Below are positions 51,501-62,614 of a DNA stretch of 64,000 nucleotides, one piece after another (positions within the stretch are counted from its first letter, which is position 1; each line of letters starts with the position of its first letter). The notes beneath the pieces are model-generated. The model saw nothing but the letters and a program-made list of their open reading frames with translations. It was not told the DNA's origin and made no database searches. The DNA is taken from contig CAJINV010000003.1 in NCBI GenBank assembly GCA_905178155.1, positions 8,993,107 to 9,057,106 of the forward strand, written 5' to 3'. The stretch is from Amoebophrya sp. A120. Lineage: Eukaryota; Protista; Dinoflagellata. Position numbers and translations under genes: made by a program.

Positions 51501-54371
51501 CCCCAATGCGTATTGTGCAGCTGCCGGGGTTTTGCGATCTTTCCTGTCCGGTCTAGTGGTGTGTTCATGCGCCGCAGCTGAGACACCGTCGCCATGAAGG
51601 TCAATCGGTTCAACACCTGGATAATGTTCAAAGAAGGCGTTTTTTTCTGAAATTCTCGCTCTCGTTCATTCGTAAGAATTGAAAAAAAGACACTCATGCG
51701 CGATCTTGAGCTTGTTATTGATTGAGAATAAGCGCGTATACCATTTTAGTCTAGTTTTCAAATGAGGAATGAGAGAGAAACATACGGGTAAAGGTAAAAC
51801 ATCTGAACTTCCAGGCACCCCGAGGAAAACGGCAACGAAGAGCTGCGGACGCAATGATGAAAGAGAAAAACCAGGGCACCTGCGCAATAAATTGGAACGT
51901 ATCACTGTACTGCAACTGCTACTGAGAACTCTATTTTAAGTACCTGAGACACTCCTTGTCGCACCGGTTTGCCTTGCTTGTCCTGGCCCCAGTTTCCGGT
52001 TGCAAGCTGGTAGCGCATTCCGTCTGTGATCACGTTGGCTTCTTCCAAGACGGGGGCTACATCGAAGTCTTTGTTCATGTCTACCCTGCGCTGCACGATG
52101 CGTCGGAATGACTTAAAAGCTATCCCGCAGAAAAAACCAAAAGCTAGCGTAGGATGCAACTATGAATACATGAAGATGGAGAGGGTCCATAGGAATAGCA
52201 TGCTGCTTGGGCTCTGCAAGAGGACAGATTTCTCTGGGTAAGGAGCGGAGAAGCAGGCATATCCACAACATTCATTTTTGCATGATAGATTATGCCAGTT
52301 TACTTTTTTCTGTGTCATAAATGTGTTCCGAAACAAAGTGCCGAAACTGGAGCTCAAAAGCGGACCCGCTAGGTCCATGCGCTTCTTTCCAAAGTGATCC
52401 CGGTCATCCTCTTGAATACGACCCAGAGCACCCAGCATCAGGCGATGCGTCATGTATCCGATGAAATACGCCTTCTTCTTTTCGCAGAACGCTTCGACCC
52501 CGACGTGGGGGAGCAGCTCCTTTTGCAAAACTTCTCGGGCGTACTGGGTTCTCTTGTCGCGCGTTGCGCCCAGCGTGGGGCCGCGTTTTGCGATGTAGTC
52601 CAGCGCCATCTCCTGCGTTGTGATCGGTGCAGCGTCGTCCAAACTCGTCTTCATCAAATTCATCATGGCCTGGTCGCTTAGCTCGTAGCAACAGATTTCC
52701 AGGATGTCTTTATCAGCGACAATACCTAGCGCGCGCATCACAATCACGACCGGAATCTCCACTCGAATGTACGGAATTGTGCACACAATCTGCCCGCGGC
52801 AGTAGCTTTTTCCCCCAAAGTTGTTCAACATCTTCACCGCAAATCCACTATTGGCAGCACTTCCCTCGTGGAGGGCGGACCTGAATTTTCAGTATTCAAA
52901 GTCAAATCGAGGTCTGAGCGTTTTCACTTGCTTTGTGAACCGTGGAGTGAGTCTATAAACGCACTACGTACTTCTGCGCTCACGTACACGCTTCGATATC
53001 CGTAAATAAGAATTAATAAGGCGAGGAAAAACGAAAAGCATCTTGTTCCTCAATATACAGTCAAGCTAGAGCGCATTCATCTGCAAAAACAGGCATGCAT
53101 TTTATGCTGATGCTGCATTTTCTTTGCAATCGAAACGGATACCACGTGCTCTTAGTACCTGACTTCGCAGACCCAGGTGTATTTTGAGGGCTGCTTTTTC
53201 TGGAACGCGTACACAAAGTTATTGGCCATTCGTTCCATGGCAATGAGCACTTTCTCGGAACCGTTCACAATGAAATAACCGCCATTGTCGTAGGAACATT
53301 CCCCGTACTTGCACAGCTCCTCTTCGGTACAGTTGTTGAGCCAGCAATAGTCGCTCTTCAACATCACCGGCATCTGGCAAAGGTGCATACCTGTTTTTTC
53401 TTCATTTTTGGATGCCTAATGCTTCCGCAATCTCATCTCCGATTCGTCACTTTCAATATGAAAACTGAAAGAATCCTGAGAGTGACGAAGCAAAATCAAA
53501 AAGCAGTTCCGGCAGAGACGGACGAGGACAACTTCAACTAACTGTCACTCCAGGCCCCGCAGAGAAGCAGTCACTATGTATACCTTTGTAGTGGGTCTTT
53601 TTTATCAACTGCTCTTTGTCGTCTTCCACCACATCATAGACGCTGTGCTCAATGTCTATGAAAACGTTGGCGGCGTAGGTCATGTTTCTGAGTCGGCACA
53701 TATTTGGTGTCATAGTCGTGCCCTCAGCATCGTTCGCGTCCTCCGTCTGCGGCTTGTGCACACTGAGATCTCTTAGTGTGAACCGATGAATCGTGGGCTT
53801 GATCTGAAGATGTTTATGATGTTTTTCTATTTCCGTGCCCTTGTTGATGCTCTTGGCACTTCAACAAATCTGAATTTCCATAGTTGCGCTGAAGTGCCCT
53901 ATGCTTTTTATCGATGCAATGTACTTACTTTGCGCTGCAATGTCGATGTGCAAGTAGATTGGAAACAAAAAAAGGGCTCAGCTGCGACAATTATTGCACG
54001 GTACTGGTACACAATCAACAAAAGGAGCAGGAGAATTTGAATTATAAATGTACCAACTCTGCGCTATCAAATGTTGGCTGTGGTATGATTTCAATCACTG
54101 GGTGATTGTCGGCGGCCTTCTGCATCTGCACGCTCATGAAGTCGTTAAAACTCCCCAGCTGCTGGTGTGCAAGACCCTTCTCGTCGAAAAATGCATCTAT
54201 GACGGCCCAGCCATCCTCCTGCAGAATACCCTGCTGCAGGTCGTCGTCATCGCGAGACCCCATCTCTACGTCCCCGAAGCCGTCGGGCGACCCCCCTGGG
54301 GCACCACGTGCCGACGAAAGCGCCGGCACATTCTGCAGGTTCGTGAACATGACTCCGCCAACCTGCGCCAT
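48583..54371 (-). CDS. RPB2: DNA-directed RNA polymerase II second-largest subunit; 10 exons, about 1214 aa
   Basis: Motifs [68 protein letters not shown] and [11 protein letters not shown]. Exons 54371-54054, 53803-53584, 53390-53159, 52880-52325, 52120-51944, 51616-51125, 50977-50524, 50283-50050, 49773-49226 and 48996-48583 total 3645 nt. Eight GT-AG introns and one TIR intron. Confidence 0.97.
52121..52319. mobile_element. TIR introner forming RPB2 intron 4, 199 bp
   Basis: TATCCCGCAGAAAAAA ... TTTTTTCTGTGTCATA, the same family as 4407. Flanks AAAGC/AATGT. Removing 204 nt gives GTLFRN-AFKSFRR. Confidence 0.8.
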
Positions 54372-56214
54372 TTTCTACGAGTTGGGGGCAGGTAGTGGAG
54401 GTGCAAAGAAAGTAACGCTCAGCCTAGGTCTGCGGCGCGGATGTTGCTTGTCCCTTCTTCCTGGAGCAGATTAATATGGATTTTCTGTTGTTGCTACTTG
54501 TTGTACTTCTTCACCTGGCTCCTTCCAAAGACGTAGCTCCTTCATCGACAACCTCGATTTCGACGTCTTCTTCGCTTTTTTTAACAAGTGGTCGCTGCGA
54601 ACTTCATTTTACAGTCGCCGGTCGCTTCGTACTTTATGACAGTACAAGTCATTCGTCACTCAGTTCGGGGCGCGCTTGTTGTGCCTAAGCAAATTTAGGT
54701 ATGCGGACCGATTTAGTTCGCTACCGCTGGCGTTGCCGTTGGGGGGTGCCCCCGCCGCCGTAAAATTGCCATCGTCCTGTAAAAAATTACTACTTTTCGC
54801 TTTTACCCTTACGTCTACGTCTTACGCTATTCATGTTGTATTTATCTAGTCACTTTCAGCATCGACATATAATAGACTTTGACTTATGCTTTTGCAACAC
54901 AACTAGTACGACACAACACTGGGACCGGCTACACTTCACGAGAATATTATGTTCCACCTTGTTTTGTATCGATGGTCTGCCTGTCTTCAGATTTAAAGAC
55001 GTTCAAGATCAAAATCAATCTCCGGAGCGCTCGCTTTTCTAGGCAAGCGAATTAAATGGCTGCGTGTTGGCGCGCCTTTGCCTCAACAGTTGCTGAGTGT
55101 AAGTCGCTGGCGATTAGATAGTGTAGCAACAGATCGCCGCCACAGAATGACGAAACACCGCCCGAGTTAGTGGTGAACGGCCAGTCGCAGGGAGTCATTC
55201 AGCGGGGCGTGATGTAGTTTCGCGATCAAATACTCTAGCTGGTGTCTGTACGACCTGTAACAGTTCAACATAGACGTTCCTTGTACATGGTATCCCGTTC
55301 AGGTCGCCCTCCTCTCTTCTACTCTAGCTACATACATGAACAAAATCCACTTCCACTAGGCGGTCGGGAAAACATGAAAATGACTACTCAGGATGAAGAT
55401 ACCATTGATCAATTTGCTCGTGGACATACTGTGGCAGGCTCTTTATGTAAATTTTCAGATTTGAAGATTTAGATCTAATCTCTTCTTCTTTATCAAGTAA
55501 TCCACGAAGATCATTCCATCATCTTCGGGCCACTGGCTTCTTGGCGGATCCGAACTTTGTCGATTCGCTTCCAGAGACAAAACGAACCGTCACAAGTAGG
55601 GACAAGCTGGATTCTTGGTCGTCCGACACGATCTGTTTCAGACGCTTTATTTATTATGCTCCTCCTTGATCTATGCAACAAACTAATTTTTTTTTTGATC
55701 GCAGCGCTAACGCTAGGCATTGCAGCATGCTTTTTACATCATCGAACTCGTTTCGTAATTGAAAATGATATACTTTACTACTTGATGTATGATACAGTGA
55801 AAACACGCATTGCCCTCAGATCCGTAGCAACTGGTACAGAGGCGGAGGAACTGAAAATTTTCATCGAAAAGGGTATGACGAGCAGTGAAATTACCCGGAG
55901 AACGATCCTCATCCACTTCGCAAGCCCCAGCCTGATATTGATGATGCTGCGCCGCAATTTATTCAAGAACATCAGCAACACGCTGCAAAATCAAAATCAA
56001 CAATGCAATACCAATATGTTTATATGCGAGTTTTTCTAACATTGTCTTCGAGTTGGATGGAGAGATCAATCTTTCTTCATGTTGCGCCAGTATATACTAG
56101 ACGCCTCGAGCAGCAGGTGTTTGATGAGCGCATTGCGATTCCGATAGAGCGAGAGAAGGAAAATCACCTGCTTAAAATTGGAGTGATAGTTAGACAGGCA
56201 CGTGAACCTCAACC

Positions 56215-57427
56215 TCATCTCTTCAGTGCATTGAGTCTCGCTTCTAGATCGTCATCCTCTTGCTGCGCGACAATCGCTGGTTGATGAGGTGGTCTTTGTA
56301 CGGCTCCTGGGGCCACTTGAGAAGCCTGCGACGGGATGCCGATTCTCTCTGATCCTACTTTACCGAGATCAGTCGATATCTCAATTCCTATCTCCTCGAG
56401 AACTTGATTGACGACGGTCTCCTCCTCCCCCTCGTCATCGCCCATGGCATCATCTATTGCGTCAGTTAAGACCTCCTCCGTCATTTGTTGCTGTTGAGTT
56501 TTTGCTTTCACATTTTCGTTTTAACTTGATCCAATGCAGCACACCCAAGTACAATCACGATGCGCCTGTGCCCCCGCAATCATAACAATACACAGGAACC
56601 AGCAAAGGCTGGCGAAATAAGCCTAGCAAGCGTTATTAGTCATCAGAGTCGATATGTATGAAAGCAACAACGAGCATTTTGAGCAAGTTCAGGAACCCAG
56701 AAATTGAACTTGTCCTGGGCATCCTCTTCGGGGTCTGGGTTGCAAAGACGAATGAAAGTACAGGTCAAAAATGTATAGGGTTAGAGCCTTAAACTCAAAG
56801 AAATTAACAAGCGATTTATAAATGAAAAGTCAAAAGATACTCGCTCGTTTTCGGACATAAACTCCTGCATGATTTTCGTAACGGCAGAAGCATCCATGCT
56901 GGAGTTCATCTGAAGCATCACCCTAGTTACTCCCTGCATGGCATTTGTCATCGATGCCGTCGATTTCATGGTTTGCAGTTGGAGGCTTACGCCCTGCAGT
57001 TGTGCTTTCATGGTCAGAAATTTGCTCTGGTACTTGCGGCACCTCACCAGGTCCTTTGCCATTATCTTAACCGTGCCCGTCTGTCCCTGCTTCGCGAGCT
57101 GAAATTAAATTGAGACGCAAAATAAGAAACTACATGGCAAGTGGCGCAGTCTTTTTTTTTTGAGGCCCCCAGTCGGTTATCAGTAGGTCACTGAGGATCG
57201 CTATCTATTCCGCCCTGGGATATTATCATTAACCGCGCGCTGTCAAGGACTGAAGATCATGAAGCAACAGAAAGTACGTCTACCTTTTTCATTTCATTGA
57301 TAGTTTTTTTCTCCTGCGTGGCGAGCTGGTTTTTCTCGCGCTCGAGTTCCCTGATGGCCTTTGAGATCTGTCGTTTGTGCAACTTCATTTGCTCGTCTAG
57401 ACTCAGCTTTGGCGGCGAATTTCCCAT
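56215..57427 (-). CDS. VPS2: ESCRT-III Snf7-family protein, VPS2/CHMP2-like; 3 exons, 225 aa
   Basis: Exons 57427-57284, 57098-56841 and 56490-56215 with GT-AG introns. Motifs AIRELERE, MAKDLVR, DAIDDAM...VNQVLEEIG and C-terminal DDDLEARLNALKR. Confidence 0.9.
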
Positions 57428-58829
57428 CTTCCATTCGTGGTGCTTCCGTTCGTGGTGGTCAACCGGGAAGTTCGTCCTAAAGTGTGCTCAAGCAAGGAAG
57501 TGCGAAGCCGCAATAATCGCAGTACATAAAAGGATGTAGAGAGCGGGCAGGAGGCAACGCGGCACAGTAGGTGATGCGCTTCGAGGTGTCGTAAAGGTGA
57601 CGCGCACAACTGAAGATATGTCGCGAGAGCAGCGTGATTGAATCTGTCGCGGAGGTGCTGCCTGCTTCGACAAATTGAAATTGTATTTATTTCTTGGATA
57701 GTACTGCTCGTACTAATTGCAGTCAGCCTGCTCTTTCTCCTCGTGCAAGAAGACAAGAAGGAAGGCAGCCCCAGCCACGGCGGGTTTGCATCTCATGAAC
57801 ATGGGTCGTGAAATATTGAAAGATAATGCGGAAGCGAGGTCGAAACAAACAAAAAATATCGTTGCCGATCTCGACGTGTATGACCGTTCCGCTCGTATGC
57901 AGATGCGGAATCAAACATAGTACCTCGCCAGAAATTGAGAATTCGCTAGCAAAAATGATATGAAGAATGTTCTTGGAGTAGCAAAAGAGCAGCCAAAACC
58001 AATTATCTCCGGCCTAAACTAAATCACATTTATCTATTAAGCAGCAAGCATTAACAAGGCAGCTACGCCACGATAGCATTTGCATTTGGATTGAGGTTTT
58101 ATATTTATTCGTAATGACATCGGGTTTGCCTTTCCCGACAGACTGAATTTTGAATGAATTTTCCTTGACGTGATTGTGTTCAACAGCGATTCCTTCAAAC
58201 CCTTCTATGACCAACATGAGGACTACATGTAGGAAAGTAAGTACGAAAATATCTTCGCCAAGAAGATCTCAGAGCGAACATTTGTACTCCTACATACTGT
58301 TGCTCCTGTGTGGAACTTGCAACGAGAAGAAGAAAGCTTTCTCAGGTCAGTCATCCTGTGAGAGGTTTAACTTTAATTTGACCGACCTCGATAAATTATG
58401 CTTCCAAGAAACCTATATTTTCGAGCTTTCTACCATGGTATGCGCTTTTGAATTTTAGCTGGTACGCCACGTCTTTCCTTGTAGTTTGCACGATCGAAGT
58501 CGCACACGCGCCGGTTCGGAAGCAGGCCAGGAACTTCATCGGAAGTTTGAACAAGTAGTAGAAGTAGAACAGGAACACGACACCAGCGCAACATTATCCT
58601 CTGCATCGGAAACTTTTTTCAAACGTTACCATATCTTCGCGCGCTAGGCGGGGTCATTTGATTCTTGATCCAACGATACTAGTAAACGAATTCGAGTACC
58701 GTCCTTGTGCAACAGAAAAAAATGCAAGCAATAGTGGATCATGTCGAGCCGTCTGTATAAATATCATTAAACACAAATCGGTACTATGGGAAGAGACCGA
58801 TGTGGCCGCCACGCAGCCTTTTACTCATG

Positions 58830-61800
58830 CTAGAGAGCAAGTCCTGCCGTTCCTTTCATCAGTGTGGCAAGTTTGTGATCAAGGAACGGGGCCATTCGCG
58901 GACGAGCCTTCAAGAGATACGGAACCAATACGCAGCCGGTCAGCAATCCGTCCCGAGCTTTCTTGCTGTGAGGACCAGGACGCAAGGCCGCCGCGAGATT
59001 AAGGATTGAAGGCTCCAGCGACTCCTCTGCCTGCCAAAGTAGTTTTGGCGTCTCCGTCAGCAGCCGCGTCAACGACGATATCGCTTCGACGCCAGCCCCG
59101 GCCCTCCATGCGGTTGTGTCAGATTCCAGATAGTGGCGCAGTGTTTGGCATATCGGAGAAAATATTTCTTCCTCAACTAAATCGGTGATCGTATCTCTGT
59201 CCGGCGTCTGTATACCTCGAATGAATCGGTGCGCGAGCATCGTAGTGGAATAGTCCGCGAAGGCTTTCTTCCCCAGAAGCAATTCGAACCCGAGCAGCCC
59301 GAGGCCCCAGGAATCTATGTATTGCGGTTCTGAAAGTAGCCGAGGCTCGTGCGGACAACCGAAAACCTCCGGCGGTAGGCAGCGCGGATCCACACTGGAG
59401 CGCTCAGCCTTCATTGCAGCGCACATCCGCAGAGTCAGATTCGTGCAGCGACGGCTCTCGACAACTTTTTCCAGCACGACCCGCTGAAGAGAAGATGCTG
59501 CGAGTTCCTCTTTTTTTACGTCTGCAGCGCGATGGCGGCCCTCCTCCTTGTGGTCTTTCTCTTCTTGCATCTCCTGAGAGTACATGGTCCCGCAATCAGA
59601 AGATTGCGGGCCCTGAAGAACATCGTGTTTCTGTGCCCCTGGAAGTGGCGGTGGCTCTAGCCACCAGGCGAATCCCGGCTGCAGAAGCCGGGGAACCAAC
59701 TTAAGCCCCCGGGGTAAGTTGGTTCTTCTGGAGCTGGAGTGATGCTGCTGCTCAGGTCGTGGGAGCGTCGGACCAGACGTCTGCTCGTCCGCAGTTGGCA
59801 ATCGAGATGATCGCGTCTGAGCTACAGCTTCGTTTGACGTCAACGCGAAAGACTGGTCTGCGGCTACGTAGAGGGCATTGACGATGGATTTGTCCTGGTC
59901 CGACCATTTTTCGTCGCCACCATCTCTAGCGTCGCGCTTGGTTTTTGACGTCGGCCCGACTGATTCTGTTTCTTGACTTTCAGACCCTCTATGCCCCGGA
60001 GGCACTGAGTTTTCTTGGTAGGCCGAGTTGTCTCTCGCTTCCGCCTCCGAATACGTTGCTTTGTCCCCGCCCACCTCAAGTTCGTAAAAACTGTCAGGGA
60101 GCGTGGCCAGGTTTTCTATTTGTGCAGTTGCAACATTAATTTCCTCCGGCTTGCGCTGACCTTCACAAGTCGTGTCCGCGTCGTCAGGTGACACAAACTC
60201 ACTAGCTTCCTTATTTCGCAAAGAGTTATCCGCTGTCCTTGAGTAGTGTCGTGGCGCGAGCAGGTTGATGGAGTTGTCATCTGCCGTGATTCGCTGCGGT
60301 TCCAACACATCATTACTTAGACTTGGCTCGTCTGCGAAAGGATTTTCCAGGTCATCGAATGAAAAAAGTGCATCGACGTCAGGAAAAAACTCAACGGCGT
60401 CTTTATTTCTTGGTTGCTGTCGTTTCCCCTGCGAAAGCGTTTCATCACTTGGAGACTGCACCAGCGAAGGACTATCCTGCATTTGTGGTCCTTCAGTTTC
60501 AACACCAACTCCGCCACATGCATCCGCTGATGCGTGTTTGCCCTCGGTAAGAGACGCGCCAGGTTGCAGACGTGCCGAGGTCGGGAGTACCGTGTCGATG
60601 ACTGCATGCGTCGGCTGTTCGACATGATCCCCACATCGTCTCGTCTCTGTTACGTCGTTCTCTTCGTTATACTGCACCGTGGCTATCTGTTTTCGGTCGT
60701 GATGTTGTTGAGACCCGGAGACTTTATTTTGGCGGTTGTCCGGTATTTTTACTTTGCTTGTTCCTTCTGATTCTGTTTTGGACTCTATTTCATCTTTCGT
60801 CTCAGTCTTGCTCGGTGCGACCTCGGCACCGTCGAACGGCCCAAGGAATATTTCGTTGAGTGCGGACTTGCTCTCTCCGAAGAGCCGCACCATCGTAGTG
60901 GTTGTAGTTCTGAATTTCCGCTTCAAGTCCGCTTGCAATTTTTCATCCTCGAGCTTTTGCAAACTAGTCGACATCAAACTTTTCGTCTCCTCAAACAAAC
61001 GGCTGCCAACATGCCTTTCTACTTTCCTTGCCGCGTCCTCCGCTTCTGCAGGCAGACGCAGAGGCGCAGTGCTCCTGCCGGCCAACGATTCATGTTGTGA
61101 CATGGAGTTGTGGGTGAACACGAACGGCAACTGCGCCGCAGAGGATTGCTGCTGTGATGTTTGTGATGCGGCCCAGCCGGAAATGTCAGTTTTGCCAAGC
61201 GCTGTCCGTGGAGCCAATAACGGAGACGCGATCTTCTGCTTCCTATCGTTCGACGAACCACTAGAGTCGCCGGCTTTCAGCCGTGGAGTCGTCGCGCTTC
61301 CCACAGGAGCATCAAAGCGAGCTTCGACCTCGACGCTTTTGCATTCGTTCGTGTCGACCTCCCGCGAGATTCTTGTTGTTTTTTCAGTCGCAGGTGGTTC
61401 AGCGAGGACGCGCGCAATATCCTTATCCAAGGTTGCTGCAGCTACTCCGACGCGGCAGGAATCTTTTTTCCCCTGTGCAGCTCTGGTCGCGGAATGGTCT
61501 GGGCCAGGTCGTATCAGTGGCGATTTAGAAGAAAGCAGCGAGCCCTTCTCCTCTTCCTCGGTTCTGGCTGTCACGGTCGTGGCGCCCGCAGTAACCGGCG
61601 GAGAACTGATTTGCTGCGCCGACATCAGTTCTTCTGCACTCACGTCGTTCCGTCTCCGAGTCTGGTGTGATTTTTCCCGCCGGGCGAGTTCGCGAGCTGC
61701 AGAGCTTCTTTCAAGTTGAAGATCCTCCAGAAGCATTGCCCACGAAATGACATCCTCGCCTTGCCCGGCAGCGCCACCACCTGGCGCTTCTTCCACCTCC

Positions 61801-62543
61801 TCCACCGCGTCAGGAAAACCACCAAACACGTGATCAGCTCGCACGAGTTCTAGAGCGACAGTTTCGCTATTAAGGCAGCCGTAAGGGATCTGTGCTCCGT
61901 CGTGCAAAAAACGTAGGCCGTTGCCCATTCCCCGGAGAAGATCAAGAACATCCAACTCGAATGTACGGAGCTCGATTACCTCGCGCAACAGCTTGCAGTG
62001 GGGCACATCAAGAGAATGCAACAGCTCTGCTTGCTCCGTGATACCAACCAACGGGGCCACGAATGAACGCAACTCTTCGAAGATCAGGCTCCCAGTTCGG
62101 CTGTCGGTATCCTTGAAAACATTCTCGCTGGACGACGAGGTTCCTTTTTTCGTGCAGCTCCGTTGTGGACCAGACAAAGCTATCAGGTCGTTGAGCACTT
62201 TCGCATAATCCGGATGAGTCCTCAGGAGACAACCTTTGTTGTCGTTGACCTTGTCGCTTTGGCTGAAAGTAGAAGTAGCAGGGTCGTCTTTTATCATGTC
62301 CGCAGCGGGTACTTGTATTTTTTCCGAAAAATCAGACTGGACGAGACAGGGCAGAGCTGCGGAGACGCAAAAGCGAGCCGCATGCTTTCGTGCTCCAGAA
62401 AGATCGTCTGCCTTCTCGGGGAGAAGCTGGAGCCCGGGCCTCGGGCGCACATACCGAAACCCATCTTTTTCGATGATGATCGGAAGACCACCACGAGCGG
62501 CCGGCTTTGTGCTGACCATCGAGTCCGGCGGCGCGCACAGCAA
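58830..62543 (-). CDS. Probable pseudokinase with a very large low-complexity insertion; start uncertain
   Basis: GLRFLH...IPYGCLNSETV (subdomain VI), PRLLQPGFA (VII), LPPEVF (VIII), DSWGLGLLGFELLLGKKAF (IX) and C...P...ARP (XI). Confidence 0.65.
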   Translation of the reverse strand: MLCAPPDSMVSTKPAARGGLPIIIEKDGFRYVRPRPGLQLLPEKADDLSGARKHAARFCVSAALPCLVQSDFSEKIQVPAADMIKDDPATSTFSQSDKVNDNKGCLLRTHPDYAKVLNDLIALSGPQRSCTKKGTSSSSENVFKDTDSRTGSLIFEELRSFVAPLVGITEQAELLHSLDVPHCKLLREVIELRTFELDVLDLLRGMGNGLRFLHDGAQIPYGCLNSETVALELVRADHVFGGFPDAVEEVEEAPGGGAAGQGEDVISWAMLLEDLQLERSSAARELARREKSHQTRRRNDVSAEELMSAQQISSPPVTAGATTVTARTEEEEKGSLLSSKSPLIRPGPDHSATRAAQGKKDSCRVGVAAATLDKDIARVLAEPPATEKTTRISREVDTNECKSVEVEARFDAPVGSATTPRLKAGDSSGSSNDRKQKIASPLLAPRTALGKTDISGWAASQTSQQQSSAAQLPFVFTHNSMSQHESLAGRSTAPLRLPAEAEDAARKVERHVGSRLFEETKSLMSTSLQKLEDEKLQADLKRKFRTTTTTMVRLFGESKSALNEIFLGPFDGAEVAPSKTETKDEIESKTESEGTSKVKIPDNRQNKVSGSQQHHDRKQIATVQYNEENDVTETRRCGDHVEQPTHAVIDTVLPTSARLQPGASLTEGKHASADACGGVGVETEGPQMQDSPSLVQSPSDETLSQGKRQQPRNKDAVEFFPDVDALFSFDDLENPFADEPSLSNDVLEPQRITADDNSINLLAPRHYSRTADNSLRNKEASEFVSPDDADTTCEGQRKPEEINVATAQIENLATLPDSFYELEVGGDKATYSEAEARDNSAYQENSVPPGHRGSESQETESVGPTSKTKRDARDGGDEKWSDQDKSIVNALYVAADQSFALTSNEAVAQTRSSRLPTADEQTSGPTLPRPEQQHHSSSRRTNLPRGLKLVPRLLQPGFAWWLEPPPLPGAQKHDVLQGPQSSDCGTMYSQEMQEEKDHKEEGRHRAADVKKEELAASSLQRVVLEKVVESRRCTNLTLRMCAAMKAERSSVDPRCLPPEVFGCPHEPRLLSEPQYIDSWGLGLLGFELLLGKKAFADYSTTMLAHRFIRGIQTPDRDTITDLVEEEIFSPICQTLRHYLESDTTAWRAGAGVEAISSLTRLLTETPKLLWQAEESLEPSILNLAAALRPGPHSKKARDGLLTGCVLVPYLLKARPRMAPFLDHKLATLMKGTAGLAL

Positions 62544-62614
62544 TGAGCTATTCGGTAGGATAATTGCAGTGGTTGTATTTATTGTGGTCCCAGATACATT
62601 GAGACTAATATATA

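Noticed and set aside
54480-56200. Possible small gene between VPS2 and RPB2
   Set aside because: No consistent frame, motif or convincing TIR pair was found.
58396-58578. Ribosomal protein S16-like fragment (GRKLENIG)
   Set aside because: The similarity is too short and the flanking motifs are absent.
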